DNA from: Octopus sinensis
Taxonomy: Eukaryota
Length of the DNA: 64,000 bases
Reading direction: 5' to 3'
Assembly (NCBI RefSeq): GCF_006345805.1
Contig: NC_043004.1
Location: forward strand, 80,538,001 to 80,602,000
This document shows, piece after piece, positions 13,399 to 25,746 of the stretch. A model generated the notes under the pieces. That model did not search any database. It saw only the letters and a list, made by a program, of their open reading frames with translations, and was not told where the DNA came from. Made by a program: the position numbers and the translations under genes. The number at the start of each line of letters is the position of its first letter. Position 1 is the first letter of the stretch.

Positions 13399-13500
13399 CA
13401 CACATATATATATATATATGTATATATATACATACACACACATATATATATATATATATGTATATATACACACACACACATATATATACTTATGTGTGTA
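13010..13500. repeat. Compound (TATG)n/(TA)n/(CA)n microsatellite
   Basis: Directly visible; one of dozens of such tracts in the window. Confidence 0.95.
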
Positions 13501-14655
13501 AAATAAGTGGAGAATCACTGTAGAATGGTAGTTAGAATTTTTGTTCATTTATACATTTATTATTTTTTTTCATTTAGTTTCCATTCTCATTCTCCTGTTC
13601 TAGAGAGGAAGTGCTCATTGACGAGGAGCAGTAGCTTTATCTTCTTCCTTTCCTGTACACCCTGCCCTACATGCAACCCACCCTTTCACTCTCTCTCTTG
13701 CTTTCTCTCTTGCCCTGCCCCCTTGCTTCCAGTTCCGCAAATGGACGACTATATCTAAGCTATCATCTTTCATAAAGAAATTATTTCCATATGCTTATCA
13801 TTTTTACTGGGCTTTTGAAAAAAAAAAAAAAAAAAAAAAGAAGTCAAGTGAATGTAATTCCATGCAGAGTCTTTTAGCTGTTGTCATGACAACAATAGAA
13901 AAAAAAATGGTCCCAATAGTAATAATAATAATAATAATAATAACAATAATAATGATGATGATGATAGTAAATAGAAGAACCAAACAGGAAAGAGAAAAGA
14001 ACAGCGAAAACATTCGGATCATTCTTTTATGGTCATTTGAAGTCCCCCTCTCCTCCTTCTCCTCCTCCTCCTCCTCTATCTTTCATTTTGACTATTATTA
14101 TTATTATTATTATTATTATTGTTGTTGTTGTTGTTGTCGTTATTTGCACTTCATCGTTCATCATAAGTGTTTTTTTTAATTCGTTGTTATCATCTTCATA
14201 AGTCATCCTTTATCGCTGAATATATAACGATGATAATTAGGGTAATAATAGAATTTGACATTAACTACAACAACAACAACAACAACAACAGCAGCAGTGT
14301 AGTAGTAGGGGTGGTGGTTGTAGTGGTATCTGTTGCTCTTGTTGTGCAGCAGGCGTAGAAATACAAGAAAAACCATAATAATAATAATAATATTCTTTTC
14401 TACTGAAGGCGCAAGGCCTGAAATTTTTGTGGAGGGGACCAGTTGATTACATCGAGCCCATTGTTTCACTGGCATTTAATTTATCAACCCCGAAAGGATG
14501 AAAGGCAAAGTTGGCCTTGGTGAAATTTGGACTCAGAACGTAAAGGCGGACAAAATTTCAGTAAGCGTCTTGTCCAGTGTGCTAGTAATTCGGCCAGCTC
14601 ATCACCTTAGATGATGATGATGATGATGACAATAATAATGATAATGATAATAATC

Positions 14656-14693
<38 letters not shown>

Positions 14694-14779
14694 CATAGTA
14701 ATAATAAAGGGAATAATAATAATAATAATAATAATAACGGGAATAATAATAATAATAGTAATAATGATAATAATTAACA

Positions 14780-15545
14780 ATGAAGATTGCCACAATTGGT
14801 CTCAACACTTGCCTGTAAAACTCTGAGGACTGGATGTTAAAACTTGTCTCAAAACATGAAAACAAGAAAGCATCATACTCAGTAACAAAACAGGCAAAGG
14901 AATATCTAAGTGAATTCTAAATACAACAAATTCCAGAATTAGACGTACTAGAAACAAGCACAGAAAAAGCTAAGTGTATGAAAATCTGCTGTCTTAGATA
15001 TTCTTACTGATAAATGGCAAGAAAAGCCTCTCAGTGGCAAATACCCAAAGAGAGCGAATAATGCCAATGTTGACAATGTTGATATTCTGCTCAATACCAT
15101 AGATTTGCTTGTCAGTTGTTTGATCTTAACCAGTTGAGCATGTCCCTTAGTGGCTGACGATATGTGCATCTCTGCGAACAGAAGTGGTAGGGGAACATCA
15201 TAGCCATGTGTTGAGAGGGATTCTTTGGGGTTTGGATAATTCACCTCTGGAAACATGGGTGGTTCATTCAACATCCTTAAACAACCCTTATTCAGGGACC
15301 TTTTGAGTGGGATGGGTTACTCAACCAGAAGAAAATTCTACCTGGGCCCCACCTGCAAGGTCATGTGCTGTTTATCTTCATATGAGATCACCATATCGCA
15401 CACATATGGTTGTGATGCATGTGCCTAGTGTACCCTTATCAGACGGGTAGTCGTGATAGGTATACTGGGCTTCGTATATTTTACCCCAGTGTCACTTTGA
15501 TGGCATGCACTGCTCTCTCACTCAATGATAATAATAATAATAATA
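14780..15545 (+). mobile_element. R4/Dong-like (restriction-endonuclease LINE) fragment between (TAA)n tracts
   Basis: Decayed ORF IATIGLNT...EDWMLKLVSKHENKKASYSVTKQAKEY...KWQEKPLSGKYPKR resembles the R4-clade W..KPLHG.Y region. A probable UTR follows and ends in (TAA)n. Confidence 0.6.
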
Positions 15546-16259
15546 ATAGTAACAATAATGATAATGGTTTTTAGCATTTAGTATGTGGTCAAATGTTTAT
15601 GGTGAGGGATGGAGTCATATTTAAATGTCCAAGTATATAGTTGGTATTTTGTCGAAACCAAGTCGTATGGAAAGACAGCTGTCAACTTCAGCTCAATTAT
15701 AAATAAAGAGGTAAAATTATATATCACAAGATACTTAAATTTGATGCTCAACCGACTCTAATAATGGTTTTGCTGTAAATTCTTGCTTTAAGGCATTTAA
15801 GTTTGATTTCCTACCAATTCTAATAACAGGTTCTCTACAACTTCATTTTGGTTAAATGCATTACCAGTAGCTTCATCGTTGGAATATCTTTGCCATTATT
15901 AAGCTAATGGCAACGTATTTATTCTGTGAATAAATTCTTTAAATAATGTTTAGCAATGGAATTATTCTGTAGAAGGAAAAGTATGGCATTGCATTTACCA
16001 ACTTTGTATAGATTCTTGATGTAAATTACCTTTCAATGAAATCACCAGGCGATATATTTTTCCATGATATAATTGGCTGCAATGATGTTAGCAGATACCC
16101 TAAAAATGATTTATTTTTCCACAAGGGCAGTAGATGTGGTGACATTACATGGAGGTTACCTAAAACAGTAGGGAGTTTTATAATGAGTAGTAAGTAAAAA
16201 AACAAGACAAACAATAAAAAACATACAATGAGCTTGTCACAATAATAAAAACTGACATT

Positions 16260-16562
16260 CCATCGGTTACGACGACAAGAGTTCCAGTTGATCCGATTGG
16301 TGGAAAAGCCTGCTCGTGAAATTAATTTACAAGTGGCTGAGTCATCCATAGACACACATACCCTTAACATAGCTCTTTGGAGGATACAACATGAGAAACC
16401 AAATGTGACAAGGCTGGCCCTTTGAAATACAGGTACAACCCCTTTTTGCTAGGTGAATAGACTAGAACAACAAAAAGTAAAGTGTCTAGTGCACCACTGG
16501 GAATAGAACTCACACATTAGGATTGTAAGCTGACAACCCTAACCATTAAGCCAAGACCTTCA
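16260..16562 (-). mobile_element. tRNA/CORE-type SINE family C (other pieces about 19697-19822 -, 50540-50645 -, 53055-53270 +)
   Basis: Minus-strand head ggcttaatggttagggt...gagttctattcccag. Related copies show tgttcttgagcaaaacacttcatt. Confidence 0.6.
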
Positions 16563-17502
16563 CTAATAATGGTACAGGCGAGCTGGCAGAATTGTTAGCG
16601 TACCGGACGAAATGCTTGGCGGTATTTCATATGCTGTTAAGTTCTGAGTTCAAATTTAGCCGCGGTCGACTTTGCCTTTCATCCTTTCAGGGTTAATTAA
16701 ACAAGTACCAGTTACACACTGGGGTCAATATAATAGACTGTCCTTGTTTGTTCCTTCTGTGTTTAGCCCCATCCAGTCAATAAAGAAATAATTTGTCTTG
16801 CAAGTTACTTGGTGACTTCACAAGTGCTGGTGCCACATAAAAAAGCACCCAGTACACTGTATTAGGAAGCGCATCCTGCTATAGAAACCACACCCAAACT
16901 GGCAGGCAGTGTGTGTGGGTGGGCTTGGTGCTGTCCTCTGGCTTTCCACCACCTATCAGACTGTTCACCCCCGTTCCAGCACGGAAAATGAGCACTAAAT
17001 GAATGTGATGATGATGCTAGGGTGTGATTGAAAGGGAATTTGACTGCTATTTCTAGCAGGTTGACTAGATGTCTACAGCTCCCACCTTCCTTCGTTTGTT
17101 CGCCTCCACTTGTGACTTTTGGTTGTTTCCTTCTTGCTAAGAATTGGAAAGTATTAGACATGCCTCTCTCACCCTCTCTCTCTCTCTCTTTCGTCCCTCC
17201 TCCTCTCTCTTTCACCTCTCACTCTTCCCCTCTGTTTTCCCTCCCTCTCTTTTCATGTTTTTCTTTCTCCCTCTCTATTTTCCCCACCTCTTACCCTCTT
17301 TCCCTCACTCTCTCACCGTTCTCTGTCCTCCATTTCCTCTTTCTCTCTTCTCTCCTTCCTCTCTCTCCTCTCTTCCCCCTTTCCTCTCTCTTCTCCTCTA
17401 TGTTTTTCTTTCTCCTCTATTTTCCCCTCTCTTACTCTCTTTCCCCCTCTCTCTCTCTCTCTCTCACCATTTTCTGTCGTCCCTTTCCTCTCTCTCTCTC
17501 TC

Positions 17503-17548
<46 letters not shown>

Positions 17549-17710
17549 GTCATCTCCCTTTGATATTTATTAACGGATGATACTGGGCCAGATAGAGATG
17601 CGTATGAAAGACAAACAGACATGCACACGTACGCACTGTGTTTTTGTGCGAATTTTATCTGCTGAATCCTATCTGATTTCCTTCAAGCTAACTTTTTTTA
17701 TTATTTCTAC

Positions 17711-17744
<34 letters not shown>

Positions 17745-18299
17745 TTGGCACAGTTGCCAAAAGGAAAGCCAAAAGCATGAATTCTTGAAAGTAGAATAAT
17801 TCATAATTTTGTTTTTTATTATTTTTTTTTTTAATACTGCAGCTAACTGAAACTTTATGAAAAAAAAAAGCATAACAGCAACAACAACAACAACAACGAT
17901 AATAACAAAAACAACAATAATAATAATAATAATAATAATAATCACTCAAAAAAATTTGAGCTTTTCTTTGCTGAGTATGCATTTTAAAACTTAGATCTGT
18001 CAGTGCAGGTTTTTCTTGTTTTTTTTTTTTTACCAAACATCTAATTTTATACTCAGCAGATAAAAAGACTTTTAAGTTGTTTATTTATTTATTTATTTTA
18101 CATCTTTTTTAAGTTTTTAGGCTTTAGAATTTATTTTACGTGCCAGAATCTACAAATGATAATAATAATAATAATAATAGTAATAATAATAACTTTTGGT
18201 GGAGAAGAACTAATATTAAAAAAAAATAATTCATGTCTGAAGATTGCTGCAACTTGCCAATATTGGTGACGATAGTTGCCAATATTAATGCAGGACTTG

Positions 18300-19445
18300 A
18301 TGTTGCGAAATGGCAGAATCGTTACTATGCGGGGAAAAATGCTTAGCAACGTTTCATCCATATTTACATTCTCAGTTCAGGCGCTGCTGTTGGATTGTTG
18401 AAATAGGTACCATTTGTGCACTGGGGTTGATACAATTGACTCGGTCCCTTCCCTGGATTCGCTGGCCATGTTCCAGACTTTGGGTTGATCAAATATGAAA
18501 TAAGTACTGCTTCAGCACTGAGGTTGATGTAATCAACTCGGGCCCTCCTCCAGACTTGCTGTCCTTGTGCCAAAATTTTTAACCAGTATTAATGTAGGAC
18601 TGAAGACAGCAAGCTGGGAGAATCATTACTGCACTGGCAAAAATGCTTCACAGCATTTCATTCATCTTTATGTTCAGAGTTCAAATTCCACCGAGATCGA
18701 CTTTACCTTTCGTCCTTTTTGGACCAAGGAAATAGGCACTTGGTCAAGCATTCGGGTCAATGTAATCAACTTGGCCCCCTCCCCCAAACTTTCTGGTCTT
18801 GTGCTAAATTCTGAAACCATAATCGTTATTATTATTATTATTCAACGAGCTAACAGAATCGTTAGCATGCTGGGTGAAATGCTTAATGGTATTTCATCTG
18901 TTGCTATGTTCTGAGTTCAAATTCCACCAAGGTCAACTTTACCTTTCATCCTCTCGGGGGTCGGTTAACTAAGTACCAGTTATTCGCTGGGGTCAATGTA
19001 ATCAACTTACCCCCTCGTCCTAAATTTAAGGCCTTGTGCCTATAGTAGAAAGGATTCTTACAGTTATTAAGGTGTGAAGCTGGCAGAATCGTTAAGCATT
19101 CTGCCAAGGTCGACTTTGCCTTTCATACTTTTAGGGTCGATAAATCAAGTACCAGTTATGCACTGTGGTCAGTGTAATCAATTTAATCCCTTTGTCTGTC
19201 TTTGTTTATCCCCTCTATGTTTAGCCCCTTGTGGGTAATAAAGAAATAAGAATCGTTAAGCTTGCTGGGTGAAATGCTTAGCTGTATTTCATCTGTCATG
19301 TTCAGAGTTCAAATCCTGCTGAGGTCAACTTTGCCTTTCATCTTTTTGGGCTCAATAAAATAAGTACCAGTGAAAGACTGGGGTCAATGTAATCGACTAG
19401 TCCCCTCTGCACAAATTTCAGGCCTTGTGCCTTTAGTAGAAAGGA
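18300..19445 (+). mobile_element. Cluster of about 5 SINE family B copies followed by a long (TTA)n
   Basis: Repeated gagttcaaattcc...ttcatcctt...aagtaccag...ctggggtcaatgtaatc cores. Confidence 0.8.
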
Positions 19446-19492
19446 TTATTATTATTATTATTATTATTATATTATTATATTATTATTATTAC

Positions 19493-19540
<48 letters not shown>

Positions 19541-19644
19541 TAATATTATTATTATTATTATTGTGGATGTTACTGTAGCTTGTAGCCCTAGGAGAACATC
19601 TTCTCCAGCTGGCTATTGACACACTTTCTGTGTCCTATCGGTAC

Positions 19645-19675
<31 letters not shown>

Positions 19676-19902
19676 TAATGTGGTGAGCTGGCAAAAATGG
19701 ACTGGACTAACGTGAAATGAAGTGTTTTGCTCAAGAACACAATGCATCACCCAGTCCAGGAATCGAAACCACAATCTTATGATCATGAGTGCAACACCGT
19801 AACAACTAAGCCACGCACCTCCTCCACTTTATTTCAACCACTCCATGAGTTTAGTGGGTGCTTGAATGGTGCCTTTTACATGCCATGGGTACTAAAACTC
19901 CT

Positions 19903-20680
19903 TCATCATCATCATCATCATTTAGCGTCCGTTTTCCATGCTAGCATGGGTTGGACGGTTCTACTGGGGTCTGTGAAGCCAGAAGGCTTCATCAGGCCCA
20001 CATCATCATCATCATCATCATTTAGCGTCTGCTTTCTAGCCTGGGTTGGACGGTTCAACTGGGGTTTGGGAAGCCAGAAGGCTGCACCAAGCCCAGTCTG
20101 ATCTGGCAATGTCTCTACGGCTGCATGCCCTTCCTAACACCAACCACTCCGTGAGTGTAGTGGGTGCTTTTTACGTGCCACCGGTACAGATGCCAGACGG
20201 GACTGGCAAACGGCCATGGACGGATGGTGCTTTTTATGTGCCACCGGCACGGGGGCCAGGCGTGGCTGTCAACGGCCACGATCGGATGGTGCTTTTTACA
20301 TGCCACCGGCACGGAGGTCAGTTGGGGCGGCGCTATCGTAGCTGTGGCCAGTGCCCTCTGACTGGCTCCTGTTCTGGTGGCACGTAAAGTGCCAAACGTG
20401 TCTGATGCCAGTGCTCCCTGACTGCCTCTCTTGCTGGTGGCACGTAAAAAGCACTATCCGAACGTGATTGACGCCAGGGTTGCCTGACTGCCTCCCATGC
20501 TGTTGGCACGTAAAAACCACCCACTGCACTATCTAAGTGGTTGGCATTAGGAAGGGCATCCAGCCGTAGAAACCTTGCCACATCGGATTGGAGCCTGATG
20601 CAGCCTCCTGGCTTGCCAGTCCTCTGTTAAGCTGTCCAACCCATGCCAGCATGGAAAATGTACGTTAAATGATGATGGTG
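19903..20680. mobile_element. Oppositely oriented RTE 3' UTR copies (minus 19903-20330, plus about 20370-20680)
   Basis: (CAT)n-tttagcgtccg on the left, cgttaaatgatgatg on the right. Both carry gtggcacgtaaaaagcac units. Confidence 0.8.
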
Positions 20681-21669
20681 GTGGTGGTGGTGGTGGTGAC
20701 ATACACACACATACATACATACTAGCATCTGTACATACATATATACACCTCCCTTCACACATACACTCAAATATAGGACTACATACATTCATGCACATAC
20801 ATCCCTACATATACGCACACATGCGAAAATGTGCATGTACATGTATACATAAATGCAGACTAACGTACATACATGCATGCATGCATTTGTATATACATAC
20901 TCATGCATACATGCGCGCATGCATTCATAACACCGCACACGCATATGTACACACGCATATGTACACACACACCGTTCTGCAGATATTGATTTCTCTCAGG
21001 TATGTATAACTGATTGCTACACACAGCAACTGTGTGTATACATTTTTTTATACTCAACAACTACAACTTTAACCATCAAAGAGCTAATCTCAAACAATAA
21101 ACTTTGAAAATCAATTTATCATCATCATCATCATCATCATCATCATTATTATTATCATTATTATTATTATCATCATTATATTATTATTATTATTATCATT
21201 ATTATTATTTTCGTTGTTGTTATTGTTGTCACTATTATTGTTTTGAACATAATTTTTCTTCATGAGACTCTGATGATAAATATGGTGGTGATGTTGGTGG
21301 TGGTTGTGATTGTGGGAGGGAGGGATTTATGGTCAAAAGCAGCGATATTGAAGATGATGATGATGATGATGACGAAGATGATGATGATCATCATCGTCGT
21401 CGTCATCATGATACTGACTGACATGATGTTAATGGTGGTTGCAGCTGGTATATTGGTGACTGTGGCGATGATGAAGATGGTGGTGATGGTGATGGTGATG
21501 ATGACGTTACAGCTGCTAATAGATGAATGTGATGCTGGTGATGATGATGATGATGCTGGCAAAAAACAAGAAAAAGGAAACAACAACAACAGCTTAACGA
21601 TTTTACTTTCAGTTTTCAGCTTAGTACAGATTACAAGATTATTGCAAAGAAAAGGAGGAAACCATTTCG

Positions 21670-21858
21670 ATGATAATAATAATAATAATAATAATAACAA
21701 TAATAATGATGATAATAATAACAATAATAATGATGATAATAATAATAATAATGATGATGATAATAATAATAATAATAATAATAATGATGATAATAATAAC
21801 AATAATAATGATGATGATAATATTAATAATAATAATGATGATGATGATGATGATAATT
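21670..21858. repeat. (TAA)n/(TGA)n trinucleotide tract
   Basis: Directly visible. Confidence 0.95.
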
Positions 21859-22829
21859 AATATAGTTTTAAAAAATAGTCTGGAAGTGATTACCTCATTA
21901 AAACTGTGAAATATTAGAGAGTGATAGAGAGAGAATAAGGGTGGCAAAGTATGATGGGGTGGGGAGAGTGTGCTTCAGAAAATGTTGGAAAAATGAGGAA
22001 TATTCTTGAACTAATAAATAAATGCTTTATAAAATGCAAAAACAAAATAAGAAACCCAAAATCAAAGCTAAAAAAAATGCTTACATGCAGATGCACGTGT
22101 ATGTGCACATATACTCCTGCGTGCACATACACACTCTTACTCTCACACATGCATTAACATGCATGTGTGCTCTCTCACACATGCACAGTCACGATATGCA
22201 TTTGCATGCATATGTACTCTCACATATACACACTTACATGCACACACACATGCTCACATGCATATACATACTCACATACATGCTCGCATTCGCATGCATA
22301 CATACTCTCTCACACAAGCACACATATACACTCTCACACATGCATGCATACATACTCTCTCACACAAGCACACATATACACTCTCACACATGCATGCATA
22401 CATGTGCATACACACATGCTTATACATGTACATACTCACATGCGTACACAAACTCACACACACACACAGATGACTACAGTAATATCAAAAAAGACGATGG
22501 AACCTAAAATTCAACTCTAAATTAATCTTCCTAATCTGTATTAACCGAATTATGTGGTGGGGGTGGGGGTGAGGAGTGGGAGGAGGTGATTAAACACTTG
22601 ATTTTTCTTTCTCCACCTCGTTACCGAAAGCTTAACATTTGGAGGATCCACTTAATGTATTAATGCTACTAACTCATCTTAATTATTTGTTAATGATAAA
22701 GAAAGAGGTTGGACGATATGTTGCTAACAATATTGCTACCACCACCACTACTACTACTATTAATAGTAGTAGTAATAATAATAGTAATAATAATATTAAT
22801 AATAACAATAATAATAATAATAATAATTC

Positions 22830-23870
22830 ATTCTTTTATTGGCCACCAGGGCTCGCATAAAATTACATTAAAAGACATGCAACAACATAAACGTCAACAA
22901 GGGGATGATACAATGGGTTTTACAACGTGTTAACAATATAAATAATCAAAATTAAACAATTTACAGCTCCTAATAGGAGAGGTGCATTAAGGACCTTGTG
23001 GAAAAACCCACAAAAGCCACGGGTGCTGAACAACAGGGCAAGAGACCTTCTCCTTTTGTTTACAGGTGCATGCTCAGAATTGGTTCTTTCACACTGGCCA
23101 TTCTTCCGGCATTCACCCACCTTTCAACAAACTTGCTACAAAGCAACACTTCCCTCTCCACCCTCAATTTCCTTTTCGAGTGAAACTTGGAAAAGTTGAT
23201 GTGGGCTTGGCCAAAGAGGAAAGTGTCTGTCTTTAGCCCTTTCAATCAGGTCCACCATGCTACCTGTTTTGCTACAGCCACAAGACAAATAAAAATTGCC
23301 TGCCCCTCCTGGCCAAAAGAGAGTGGCAGAGCAATCTTCACAAAGGATTCAACTGATAGCTGGATCCATTCCACATGCAACAGCAGGTGTTTGGCATAAA
23401 CCCAAAGGTCAGCAATACTCGGGCATTGGACTAGGGCATGCAGAACTGTTTCCCCAAGAACGTCGTTGCACTTTCCTTCCACTAGCTCTATATAGAATGC
23501 TAGAGTAGAACTACCACCGACCGCATTGCCCACCTGGTGGAGGGATGTGAGCGCTTGACAACACTCGAGGTGCCAAGTGCCCCCCTTCGGTCTACACCTA
23601 ATCCAGGATTGCAGCTTAGTTGACACAACCAGCTGCCCTGAGTACAGCTGCCAAGTATTGATGGTCAACCCTATCAAAAGCTTGATTGCTCTAAATTGAT
23701 GAGAGCCTCACCCATGCCAGCTTCATTACCCATGCTCTCTATGATGTAGCACATAAGATGGAGGTTATCATGAATACTCTTGGTTGGGATGGCGAAAGTT
23801 TGTGCCGCACCAACCGTTTGTCCATGATAAGCGCCAACCTCTTGGCTAACACCTTGGCCAAAATCTTCAA
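22830..23870 (-). mobile_element. Decayed 3' part of a Tx1/L1-clade LINE
   Basis: Minus-strand ETVLHALVQCPSIADLW (zinc-knuckle ET..H...C motif) and AVAKQVAWW...KRKLRVEREVL. It ends ggtggccaataaaagaa + (TTA)n. The same 3' end occurs at about 32580 and 56350 (+). Confidence 0.7.
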
Positions 23871-24004
23871 CTCTGCATTGAATAATAATAACCCTTTCTA
23901 ATATTGACACAAGGCCTGAAATTTGGTGGGAAGGGGATGCTAACGATATTGCCAGCTTGCTGTCTTAATGATAATGATGACGATGATAATAATAATGATA
24001 ATAA

Positions 24005-24830
24005 CCCAGTGGGAGGGTTCTTGGCATCTAAGGCTGTTTGTTGTAGCCAAATGTTTGGATGCTTTTCTTTACCAACAGTGTAATCTGTTGAGTGTATATT
24101 AATAATAATAATAATAATAATGATGATGTTATTAGGGACAGCTAAAATACTTAGGAGGGTTCTTGGCATCTAAGGTTACTTGCTGTCCCCCAGTAGGAGG
24201 GTTCTTGGCATCTATGGCTACTTGTTGTTCCCTGATGTTGGGATTCTATTCTTTTCCAAAAGTCTTATCTGTTAAGTATACATAAATAATAATAATAATA
24301 ATATTAATAATAATAGTCAATCGATCAATGAGAGATATAGAAAGTGGTGATAAAATGTCTCCCAGTGGTTATAGGTGCATTGGCAACTATCCCTAAAAAT
24401 TTGAACAGATGGAGGAAATAGACATAAAACCCAGTTTAGTACAGCTGCAGAAAACAGTGTTATTAAGGGCAGCTAGGATACTTAGGAGGGTTCTTGGCAT
24501 CTAAGTTTACTGGTTGTAGCCTGATGGTAGGAATTTTTTCTTTTCCAACAGTATAATCTGTTGTGTGAATAATAATAATGATGATGATGATGGTGATGAT
24601 GATGATGTGCCAATTATTGTTGGGTCTTTGGGAACAGTATCAGAAGGCATCAAGTTGAAATGTTACAAAAGTTTTGCTTCCTTGGCACCGCCAGAATAAT
24701 CAGGAAAGTATTAGATAACTGAAAAGTGTGGATAGTAGGGTACCGTAGGCTGCAGGTAGTAAGCCGGTTATGCATGCAAGACTCCAGGATCTCCAACAAA
24801 ACATGTGACAAAGAGAAAATAATAATGGTG
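24005..24830 (+). mobile_element. Cluster of R4/Dong-like LINE 3' ends in (TAA)n/(TGA)n
   Basis: PVVIGALATIPKNL...LQKTVLL.AARILRRVLGI* (about 24360-24504) and VPIIVGSLGTVS...LQKFCFLGTARIIRKVLDN* (about 24607-24722). Repeated ggagggttcttggcatcta stubs at about 24012, 24154, 24196 and 24485. Confidence 0.75.
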
Positions 24831-24923
24831 ATAATGGTTTTTCAAATTTTGCCACAGAGCTGGTAATATTTGAGAAAAACGGGCTTACTCAATTACATGA
24901 ACCCCAGTATTTGTCTGGTGCTT

Positions 24924-24956
<33 letters not shown>

Positions 24957-24959
<3 letters not shown>

Positions 24960-25277
24960 ATATAATTCGAGACAAAACCACTATTTTAAAACCAAACAAG
25001 GAAAGACTTAATCAATACATAAAATTTTAATATAAATTAAATAAACCGCCACTACAAATGTTTCATGTCTGCTACCGACAATCTTCAGGTGGATTTTCGA
25101 TCTTCTAATCAGTATCAAATTTTGATTAGAAGATCGAAAATCCACCTGAAGATTGTCGGTAGCAGACATGAAACATTTGTAGTGGCGGTTTATTTAATTT
25201 ATATTAAAATTTTATGTATTGATTAAGTCTTTCCTTGTTTGGTTTTAAAATAGTGGTTTTGTCTCGAATTATATTAT
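24957..25277. repeat. Perfect palindrome, 155-bp arms, 11-nt loop; probable inverted Penelope-like terminal repeat
   Basis: 24957-25111 is the reverse complement of 25123-25277. It sits in a TA-rich context with (TA)n runs nearby. Confidence 0.93.
25142..25185 (+). ncRNA. Minimal type-I hammerhead-ribozyme-like motif (mirror copy 25049-25092, minus)
   Basis: CCAC-CTGAAGA-T-TGTC(ggtagca)GACA-T-GAAAC(attt)GTA-GTGG. Core CUGANGA/GAAA, stems I-III and a GUA site are present; there is a U-U mismatch at the base of stem II. Confidence 0.65.
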
Positions 25278-25480
25278 ATAATATTTTACTATAAAATTGG
25301 ATTTAACCCTAAATCTGATTTTTCCCTGTAATTTTGGATTCATTCCCTAATATTTATTATTATATATATACATATATATATATATAAGAGCTAATGGTGT
25401 CATTGAGACCCGAAGATGTCAGGTATTACTGAATAAGTGCTATAGACAGACCATAGTTAAGTTTCTATGTCAGCATGTTT

Positions 25481-25746
25481 ATATATATGAATTTTTGGCG
25501 TAATGAAATAAAAAACCAAGGCTGTATAGATATTAGAGCATTTATAGATAGAAGGTCTTACAGCTGTTTCTAGAATATTAATTAATAATAATATCCCTTC
25601 ATCGGAGACGGTGTGAGAGGAAAAATAGGATATTATTATTAATTGATATCCTAAAAACAGTTGTAAGACCTTCTATCTATAAATGCTCTAATATCTATAC
25701 AGCTTTGGTTTTTTTTATCTCATTATGTAAAAAATTCATATATATA
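25481..25746. repeat. Imperfect inverted repeat (~117-bp arms) with a decayed hammerhead-like motif on the minus strand
   Basis: Arms about 25481-25597 and 25628-25746. Minus strand GTCT-CCGATGA-...-GAAAC(agct)GTA-AGAC at about 25555-25609. Confidence 0.75.

Noticed and set aside
21243-21860. Long ORFs in low-complexity tracts (also 17028, 47076, 48160, 55586, 61486)
   Set aside because: Microsatellite or purine/pyrimidine-tract artefacts.
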